From contig NC_043009.1 in assembly GCF_006345805.1 (NCBI RefSeq), positions 49,972,001 through 50,036,000 on the forward strand: 64,000 nt of DNA, given 5' to 3'. Within the stretch, counting starts at the first letter, position 1. Every line of letters starts with the position of its first letter. Made by a program: the position numbers and the translations under genes. Source of the DNA: Octopus sinensis. Taxonomy: Eukaryota. Shown here piece after piece: positions 54,900-64,000 of this stretch. Below the pieces are notes generated by a model. The model worked only from the letters and a program-made list of their open reading frames with translations, was not told where the DNA came from and did no database searches.

Positions 54900-54939
<40 letters not shown>

Positions 54940-56520
54940 GTGATAAAGACAGTATAAAGAGGTAAGTGTATGCCAGTAAGAAAGTATGGTTATAGTATCA
55001 TTCCTGGCTATAAGGACACACACACACACACAAACACACATACACATGTACATGTAAGGTTAGTGGAGAAAGTGGAGTTTTTCGAAGTGGACATTTTACT
55101 GTTTATTAGAGAGAGAGAAAGAGAGTGAGAGAGAGAGAGAGGAAGGTGGAGTGAATGAGAGAGACAAAGTGAGTGAAGACTTACTCATCTGTCTGTCTCA
55201 CCTTCATTCATTATACACATCCATCACTCTAATCTCTCTCGTTTTATCTCTTTCACTCTCTCTCTCTCTCGTTTTCTCTCTTTCACTCTCTCTCTCGCTT
55301 GCTTCTTTCTAAAATTCATTTTCACTAAAAGTGAGAGAGGAAAGGAAAGTGACAGAGGAGAGATACAGAAAGAAAATACAGAGACAGAAAGTATAAGAGA
55401 AAAGAAAGTTTGGGCATGTGGAGGTGTGTTTCTATTTACTTATCTCATAAATGTTTCTCTTCTAACTATCTATTCTTCCTCTCTTTTTCTCACTCTCTCT
55501 CTCTCTCTCTCTCGCTCTCTCTTCCTTGTTTCTTTCTCTCCTCCTTAATATTCTACAGTCTTTCACTTTTGGATTTTCTCCCCCAAATCCTCTGCTATCC
55601 CTACCTCTATTTGCAGTTCAAACCTATAGCCAGAAACCACTTCTTGCTCCTCCTACTCATCATCTCCTCCTTGGTCCATTTTCCAGTCCACCTTGTCACA
55701 CCTTACTCATTCTACCTGTCTTCAAACCTATTGCCCTCACTCTGTCTCTTCTCTATTCCTTCTGCCATCATCCAAAACCTCTTGTACATTCTAACCTATT
55801 CAACTCCCTGTCTCTTCTCTCCCCACTCTCTCTTTCTCCCTCTCCATCATCCCAACCTAAATCACTTCGATTTTATTCCTCACTCACATAATCCAATCCA
55901 CGTATCTCCATCAACTTAACAACACCTAGTGTGCCCTGTTAAATTTGAAATATTCTAACCACTTGTTCCTTTCAATGCAGCTACAGCTGAAATACAAAGG
56001 GGGAAGGGTGTTCAAGCTAAGCCCAGTAAGGATAGAAATCTAAAATTATACTCTAAAAAGAGAAAGATGTGGTCATTATATGGTGTGTGTGAATGTGTAA
56101 GTGTAAGCCTTTCAGCTTTAAGGAGCTCATTATATGTGTGTGTGTTTCTATAGACATACATGTGTATATATAATGCATCCCATGATCCCTTGGAAATTGA
56201 TAGGTTTACGAACATCAACATTTTAACAGGGTATTCTTTATTATGTAGTTCTTCAAATTTTCCAAAATATCTTTGAAAATTCTTCCTAAATTAAAAAAAC
56301 AAAATTTGTATATACATCTTATAGATGTATATAAAATAACATAGACAGCTATATGCAATATAAAAGCAAAAAGGAAAAATTCAATTGTCACTAATTGTGA
56401 CTGAGGATGCAGGGTAGCACCTATATTGCTAGAAATAAGAGTTAAGACCCTTAGAACTGCAAGGAAGCATATTTTCAACGTATTATGATGGTTGTAGTAT
56501 ATATATACATACATACATAC

Positions 56521-56553
<33 letters not shown>

Positions 56554-56744
56554 CATCGTGTGATAGTTATAGTACATATATGCACACATTAGTGTGTGTG
56601 TGAGTGTGCATGCGCGTGTAAGTGCACATTTATTTCATGCTGACCAAACAAAAAAATCACTATTATATTCTACCTCAGCCTTGTCTGTGACACATACATA
56701 ATCTCAACACAGAACACAACATATAACCTAACCATTAAGACACA

Positions 56745-57073
56745 CACCACCACCACCACCACCACCACCACCACCACCACTACCACCTCCACCATGGTCA
56801 CCATATCTTCACCACCAATTCTGCTACAGCCATAACCTCTAGTTCCACTAACAATACCATTATAACCACAACCACTACATCTACTAACCAAACCTGCTAC
56901 TACTACCACACTTCAACAATACCCCACCACCACCACTACCACCTCTGCCACCTACCTTCATGAACCCCAAATTCTTCTAGGAACATCATTACAGCCACTG
57001 TTACAACCCTTTTACTTTTATTACAACAGGCACTTACAACAACTAACCCATACCTTCGCTTTACAACGACTGT

Positions 57074-57118
<45 letters not shown>

Positions 57119-57420
57119 AACTACTACTACTGCTACTACTACTACAGACCCATCATAAACCTTTATTTTTGCTAGTAACACCATTACAACTACTACCTCA
57201 CCTTAATCTCCATTGCAGCAGACACTACCATGACGGAACCCATTATGAGAGACATTTACAACAACTTCAACAACAAAAGCTGCTACTGTGCCACAACTAT
57301 CACCCCTACCTTCATAACAACAGCGAAATCCACAATCCCCACCTTCTTCGCTACCATCACAGCACCAATGTAACAACAAGCCTACACCTCCAATAATAGT
57401 AACTGAAGACATCCCCACCA
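56745..57420. repeat. Degenerate (CCA)n/(CTA)n trinucleotide region
   Basis: Pure ACC and ACT runs embedded in C/A-rich decayed triplets. Confidence 0.85.
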
Positions 57421-57560
57421 CACACACACACACAGACACGCACACATTCACCTAACATATATTCTTCCCCGCCGCCCCCACCTCACTCATCACATCATCT
57501 GGTTCTATACCACCGCTGCCACCATCTCCCATGACTATGATGACCCAAAGACTGACTCAC

Positions 57561-57640
57561 TCCTTAAATTTTATCGGATTTTTCTTCACATACTTCATCG
57601 ACGTTATTGTCGTCACTGGAGGAATCCACAACCTGTTGAT
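57561..57640 (-). CDS. Candidate internal coding exon (80 nt), product unidentified
   Basis: Pyrimidine-rich acceptor ..GGTTCCTTATTCTAG| and donor GA|GTGAGT; single fully open frame INRLWIPPVTTITSMKYVKKNPIKFK; locally CpG-rich unique sequence. No protein family recognised. Confidence 0.4.
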
Positions 57641-57675
57641 CTAGAATAAGGAACCAGGCACAGAATAAAGTGTAC

Positions 57676-57753
57676 CTGAGTTGGCGCTTGGCTGAAAGGA
57701 GTAGGCACTAAGCTGTGATGAAGAGGGAGATGGAATGGATTGCCGGCAGGAGG
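57676..57753 (-). CDS. Alternative candidate exon (78 nt, frame-symmetric), product unidentified
   Basis: Acceptor ..TACGTTTCCTCAG| and donor CAG|GTACAC; reads PPAGNPFHLPLHHSLVPTPFSQAPTQ (phase 0) or SCRQSIPSPSSSQLSAYSFQPSANS (phase 1). Only 35 nt from the 80-nt candidate, so both cannot be ordinary consecutive exons. Confidence 0.35.
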
Positions 57754-57829
57754 CTGAGGAAACGTAATACATATATATATGGCCCCATAATGGACATATA
57801 GCTATGGAATATCAATCAATATCATAATA

Positions 57830-58129
57830 TATATTACATATATATATTCGTTTTTCGTTTATATATATCTATCTATCTATATATATATATATATATAATA
57901 TATATATATATATATTATATATACATACTATATATATTATACATACATATATATAACATATTTATAATACATATATACATATTTATATATATATATATAT
58001 AATCATATATATATATATATATACGACTATAATATATATATAATATACATATATAATAGATATATATATATTACATATAATATTACATTATATATCTATA
58101 TATACATATATATATATACATATATATAT

Positions 58130-58173
<44 letters not shown>

Positions 58174-58244
58174 TATATATATATTATATATAATACATAT
58201 ATACATATATACAGATATATATATATATATAATATATATATATG

Positions 58245-58280
<36 letters not shown>
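57830..58280. repeat. Long imperfect (TA)n tract
   Basis: About 450 bp, nearly all T/A. Confidence 0.95.
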
Positions 58281-58283
<3 letters not shown>

Positions 58284-59023
58284 AAAGCATGCACACAGCT
58301 AGATAGAAGTACAGAGACAGACAAACGATAGATGCTAACAATGAGAAGAGGAGCTGCGGAGGATAAGACACAACAGATAAATGGAAAGAAGTGAGAAAGG
58401 AAATTGGTGTGGACATTATTATAAGTGGAAGATGAAGACAAAATTGAGCAAGAAGAGAAAGAAAATGGGAGAGAGAGGAGAGAGAAAGAGAGAAAGAGAG
58501 AGAAAAAGAAGAGAGAGAGAGAGAGAGAGAGAGAGTGAAATAATGAAGTTAGAAAAGGAGGATAAAAAAGAAATAGGAAAAGGTAAATGTGGGAGGGATT
58601 CAAAAAGAGGAGGGGAAGTAGGAGGAGATATGGGGGGGGGGATAAAGTAGAGAGAAATTTAAGTGTAATAGTGAGGAAAGTGTGAGTACAAATGTATATA
58701 GACTTGGTGTATAAGTATGTTTTTGTGTATGCTGAAGTTCATGTATGTGTAGATTTTTATGTGTGTGCATATGTGACAAACAAGGCTGCAAGTATAAACA
58801 TCTTGATGTGTGGATGGTGTAGAGAAGACTGTGTGTGATGGTATGTAAGCTGATGTATATTGAGTATGTATACATTTTAAAGCCGGTTTCTATATATATA
58901 TATATGTGTGTGTTTGTGTGCATGCAGCTATATATATTTGAGGAGTGTTCATAACATTCAGGTGTGTATGTGTCTTCTGAAGTGTGCTGTCTACAAAGGT
59001 GGGTTTGAGGATTACACCACTGA

Positions 59024-59058
<35 letters not shown>

Positions 59059-59541
59059 TGTATGTGTGCGTGTGTGTGTGTGCGCAAGCACGTGTTAAGG
59101 AGTATACAATGAAATTAATAAATAATATGAAAATACATAAGTTCTAGGCAAACTTGTCCTGTATACTTGTTTACAATATTAAGAACACCTTTGTTTAAAA
59201 AATCATAAATGTAAGCAGCACATATGAGGAAACAAGAGAGGTTTCTTTAAATGATTTATACATACAAACACATGTACATCCATACATACCTATATACATT
59301 TATACACACATAAACACACACACACACACACATACATACATACAGACAGTGATACATTCATAGACTAGAAACTGGCTCTTTCTCCATTGGTGAGAAATTC
59401 GAAAAATTAAAACTAAGAATGAACATACACACATAATACTGATATTTGTAATGTATATCATATCGGTGCAAAAATGCATCTGCTACTAATGGGTTTTAAA
59501 CATGCATTTATGCATTACTTCAATTTTGTGAGCATATTTTG

Positions 59542-59576
<35 letters not shown>

Positions 59577-59959
59577 CGATACACACTATGCATTTACATA
59601 CACACAAGCATACACAGTATAAACTTATATACACACACCAATACACACTATACATTTAAATACACATTCAAACATATTCAAGCATATACACGAATGTAGG
59701 TGCACACAAACATGTAGATGTGTAAGCATATATGCATGCACACATGAGTGTGTATATCGATGCATTATTCTGCCTCTTTGTGTAGAAATACACATAAATA
59801 TATGTATAAATACACAAAGATATTCACTTGTGCATATTTCAGTGTCTCTCTCTCTATATATATATATACATAAACTGATGCAGATTCATGGACACACACT
59901 TTTATATATGTGTGTGTTTGTATGTGTATAAGCATAAATACATACACATGCACATATGT

Positions 59960-60037
59960 ATGTATATATGTATGTATATGTATGTATATTATATATCTAT
60001 ATATACAATATATATACATATATATATACATATATAC

Positions 60038-60072
<35 letters not shown>

Positions 60073-60157
60073 ATATCTATATATACATACATATATATAT
60101 ACATATATTATATATATATATATATAATACATATATATATACATACATATTATATAC

Positions 60158-60188
<31 letters not shown>

Positions 60189-60204
60189 CATATATATAAT
60201 AATA

Positions 60205-60239
<35 letters not shown>

Positions 60240-60326
60240 CTATACATATTATATATATATACATATACATATATATATACATATATATATAATAATATAT
60301 AATATACATAATATATATTATATACT

Positions 60327-60352
<26 letters not shown>
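59960..60352. repeat. Long imperfect (TA)n tract
   Basis: About 390 bp; abuts tandem duplication 2. Confidence 0.95.
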
Positions 60353-60356
<4 letters not shown>

Positions 60357-60357
<1 letters not shown>

Positions 60358-61154
60358 CTCACGGAGTGGTTGGCATTAGGAAGGGCATCCAGCTGTAGAA
60401 ACTTTGCCAGATAAGACCTGAGCCTGGTGCAGCCTTCTGGCTTCCCAGATCCCCGGTCGAACCGTCCAACCCATGCTAGCATGGAGAATGAGACGTTAAA
60501 CGATGATGATGATGATGATGATACGCACACACACATATATCACAATCCGCAGCCAGGTCTGACCAGCATTGGCGGTCAATATGACATGCTGTTAGAGACT
60601 TCTTCAGGCAGTCTTTGTAGCGCTTCCTCAGAGATCCTCTCACATGGTGACCAGTGGAGAGTTCGCCAAACAGGGCAATCTTAGGAAGGCGATGTTTCTC
60701 TATTCTGGAAACATGCCCTGCCCATCTTCAATGCAGTCTGCGAGTTTGAGGAACAAAGAAGACATGCGCTTAAAGACAAAAGATGCAGGAGGAATGCATG
60801 TTTTCATAGGATATTCAAAATGAATGACACTGCTGTATGAGAGTGGCACCTATTTGCAACTACCATGCAATGTCAAGGAAAGAAGATGGTACTACCTCAC
60901 CAGACACACACACATACATACATACATGTATATATGGCGATGGGATGGTATCAGTTTCCATCTGCCAAATCCTCTCACAGGACTTTGGTTGTCCAGGAGC
61001 TATTTATACATCCATAATTCTCCACTTTCTTCCTTTCATCATTTAAAAATTAGATGTTTAAATAAAAACAAGTACTTTTCAAAAACTAAAAAAAATAATA
61101 AAATTTAGATAATTAATAGTTGAAATAAATACCTTCTCTCTCTCTCTTGCTAAA
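60357..61154 (+). repeat. Tandem duplication 2, copy A
   Basis: Matches 61201-61990; contains a (GAT)n-tailed element (60357-60522) and an RTE fragment. Confidence 0.93.
60541..60752 (-). mobile_element. RTE (BovB-like) LINE fragment, ORF C-terminal region
   Basis: Minus frame RWAGHVSRIEKHRLPKIALFGELSTGHHVRGSLRKRYKDCLKKSLTACHIDRQCWSDLAAD. Confidence 0.88.
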
Positions 61155-61155
61155 T

Positions 61156-61197
<42 letters not shown>

Positions 61198-61200
61198 CTA

Positions 61201-61990
61201 TACTCACGGAGTGGTTGGCATTAGGAAGGGCATCCAGCTGTAGAAACTTTGCCAGATAAGACCGGAGCCTGGTGCAGCCTTCTGGCTTCCCAGATCCCCG
61301 GTCGAACCGTCCAACCCATGCTAGCATGGAGAATGGACGTTAAACGATGATGATGATGATGATGATACGCACACACACATATATCACAATCCGCAGCCAG
61401 GTCTGACCAGCATTGGCGGTCAATATGACATGCTGTTAGAGACTTCTTCAGGCAGTCCTTTGTAGCGCTTCCTCAGAGATCCTCTCACATGGTGACCAGT
61501 GGAGAGTTCGCCAAACAGGGCAATCTTAGGAAGGCGATGTTTTCCTATTCTGGAAACATGCCCTGCCCATCTTCAATGCAGTCTGCGAGTTTGAGGAACA
61601 AAGAAGACATGCGCTTAAGAACAAAAGATGCAGGAGGAATGCATGTTTTCATAGGATATTAAAATGAATGACACTGCTGTATGAGAGTGGCACCTATTTG
61701 GCACTACCATGCAATGTCAAGGAAGAAGATGGTACTACCTCACCAGACACACCACATACATACATACATGTATATATGGCGATGGGATGGTATCAGTTTC
61801 CATCTGCCAAATCCTCTCACAGGACTTTGGTTGTCCAGGAGCTATTTATACATCCATAATTCTCCACTTTCTTCCTTTCATCATTTAAAAATTAGATGTT
61901 TAAATAAAAACAAGTACTTTTCAAAAACTAAATAATTTCAGATAAATTTAAATAGTTGAAATAAATACCTTCTCTCTCTCTCTTGCTAAA
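61201..61990 (+). repeat. Tandem duplication 2, copy B
   Basis: Matches 60357-61154 with scattered 1-nt indels and adjacent-base swaps; contains a (GAT)n-tailed element at 61201-61366. Confidence 0.93.
61385..61596 (-). mobile_element. Duplicate of the RTE fragment at 60541
   Basis: Part of tandem duplication 2. Confidence 0.85.
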
Positions 61991-62012
61991 TATATATATA
62001 TATATATATATA

Positions 62013-62185
62013 TAGTGAGAATTTACAAAAAAAAAAAGACAAAGACGGGTGTGTAAACAACAAAAAGATGTATTATTTAACACTCAGGAAGTGAAAAAGT
62101 CTTCTATGTTTTGAGCCTATGCTCTTCGACAGAATGGAGCACAGAAATAAACGGAGAGAAAAGGTTTAGTGGCTAGAGATCTCCC
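62013..62185 (-). mobile_element. Possible Penelope-like element terminal fragment
   Basis: Minus strand contains CTGTCGAAGAGCATAGGCTCAAAAC, resembling the CTGANGA-stem-GAAAC signature of PLE termini. Assignment from recall only. Confidence 0.3.
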
Positions 62186-62699
62186 ATATATCTATGTATG
62201 TATGTATATATATATATATATATATTATATATATGGGCCAGGCAGAATTTTGTTGAAGAAGCATATCTATGGCTATATGCTCTTCCTCTTGCTATCCCTC
62301 ACCTCACCTGTCTCCAAGCAAGATAATATTTTGCCCGTGAAAAGACATGGATGGCTGGGGAAGGACACCACTTGCATGATGGTGGTACACTTTTACAACA
62401 ATCACATGATAGCAAGGCAAGGAGTCAGTAACACACACATGCACAAATGAAATCAAATGCAGATAATGCAATGGGCTTCTTTCAGCTTCCATCAACAAAA
62501 TCCACTCATGAGGCTTTGGTCAGGCTGGGGCTTCAGAAGACATGTGCCCAAGGTGCCATGCATTGGTACTGAATCTTGCTCAAAGTATATATACATACAT
62601 ACAAACATACATACATATATATACTTATGATAAGAATGCAAACCATGTGTGTATTTGTGTGTGTGTGTGTATACATGTATATACACACAAATATTTTCA

Positions 62700-62978
62700 T
62701 GAGGATACAAGTTCATCAAGGTTCAGTTCTCAGTCCCCTGCTGTGCTTCATAGTCCTACAATGGCATGTAAGAGGTCTGTGAGAACTCCTATGTATTGAT
62801 GATCTTGTTCTCATAGCTGAATCTATGGGGGAATTAGAGAGAACATTCCAGGTATAGAAGCAAAATCAAGAATTGAGAGGTCACGAAGGAAACTTAGCAG
62901 GCTAAGGTTGTAGTAAGCAGGACAGAAGACAGAACTTTGGTATCTTCAGGGAAATAGCCTTGTATGATATGCAGGAAA
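62700..62978 (+). mobile_element. RTE-clade LINE, decayed reverse transcriptase fragment
   Basis: VHQGSVLSPLL motif followed by DDLVLIAESMGELE (decayed YADD motif region). Confidence 0.85.
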
Positions 62979-63006
62979 GTATATATATATATATAAACTC
63001 GATACA

Positions 63007-63410
63007 GGCGCAGGAGTGGCTGTGTGGTAAGTAGCTTGCTTACCAACCACATGGTTCCGGGTTCAGTCCCACTGCGTGGCACCTTGGGCAAGTGTCTTCT
63101 ACTATAGCCTTGGGCTGACCAAAGCCTTGTGAGTGGATTTGGTAGACGGAAACTGAAAGAAGCCCGTCGTATATATGTATATATATATATATGTGTGTGT
63201 GTGTTTGTGTGTCTGTGTTTGTCCCCCTAGCATTGCTTGACAACCGATTCTGGTGTGTTTATGTCCCCGTCACTTAGCGGTTCGGCAAAAGAGACCGATA
63301 GAATAAGTACTGGGCTTACAAAGAATAAGTCCCGGGGTCGAGTTGCTCGACTAAAGGCGGTGCTCCAGCATGGCCACAGTCAAATGACTGAAACAAGTAA
63401 AAGAAAAAGA
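63007..63410 (+). mobile_element. SINE family A, full-length young copy lying between two RTE fragments
   Basis: Complete head, CORE-like CACCTTGGGCAAGTGTCTTC, TA/TG tract and tail; CpG sites retained. Confidence 0.93.
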
Positions 63411-63429
63411 GAGATACTGCATCCAACGT

Positions 63430-63830
63430 AAATTAATGTTAGTTAATCTGAAAGTATAGTAGTCAGAGCAACAGGAAGTTGGAGAAAGTTCAAGGGAGCT
63501 TCACTTGCTGGCTGGTAACAAAGGTCTTTTCTCTCAGAGTAAAGGGTAGATTGCATGATGTGTGTCTGAGAAATGTGATGCCACATGGTAGTGAAACATG
63601 GGCCTTAAATGCAAAGGATTTGAGAAGACTGGAAAGAAATGAAGCGAGCATGCTCTGCTGGAAGCAATGCAATGACAAAAGACAAAGGGGTATGAAGTGT
63701 AGGGTACAAGAACAAAGACTGTGCTTGTATGGACATATGATGCATAAGGATAAGCTGAGCTGTATAAAGAAGTGCACTGCTCACTTAATGTGGATGGTGT
63801 TTGTGGATAAGGAGACTCAGTAAACATGGG
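63430..63830 (+). mobile_element. RTE-clade LINE, post-RT region (continuation of 62700)
   Basis: FSLRVKGRLHDVCLRNVMPHGSETWALNAKDLRRLERNEASML..RLCLYGHMMHKDK; homologous to 21905-22343. Confidence 0.88.
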
Positions 63831-64000
63831 ACGCAGTGGTCTTTTGTGTCTCAACACACTCGTATGTACGTGTGTATGTGTGTGTCTGTCTGTATACACA
63901 TGTTTATGCATTTGTTTCGCCAGATTCTTGATATGAAATGATGTATTGAAACAAATATTGTTATATTTCGGGGTGGTCATTTTTTCTCATTTTTTTTTAG

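Noticed and set aside
55410-55919. 169-aa hydrophobic ORF
   Set aside because: Pyrimidine-rich low-complexity tract (Leu/Ser/Phe/Pro bias) with no domain signal.
56308-56333. Perfect 11-bp-stem hairpin TATATACATCT-TAT-AGATGTATATA
   Set aside because: Mostly TA-derived self-complementarity; expected in this composition.

Overview
Eukaryotic, AT-rich, almost entirely non-coding DNA, very likely from an octopus: the dispersed repeats resemble, from recall, the tRNA-derived SINE families of Octopus, and the window is saturated with (TA)n, (CA)n, (GATA)n and trinucleotide tracts. I found no complete or confidently recognisable host gene, RNA gene or CRISPR array. Nearly all ORFs in the supplied track are microsatellite or SINE artefacts; the only recognisable protein-coding traces are decayed transposon fragments (RTE-clade LINE, R4/Dong-type LINE, mariner). 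Supported content: at least three tRNA-derived SINE families, 5'-truncated RTE-associated elements with (GAT)n tails, two non-autonomous Helitrons, TTAA-type MITEs, two near-identical tandem duplications (about 1.17 kb and 0.8 kb), and several unique islands that may be exons or enhancers of a large gene. The best exon candidate is on the minus strand at 57561-57753. I see no strong evidence for a novel biological system. The best leads concern repeat architecture (Helitron capture, modular SINEs, a structured array next to an RTE 3' end, an inverted SINE pair) and the unidentified exon island.
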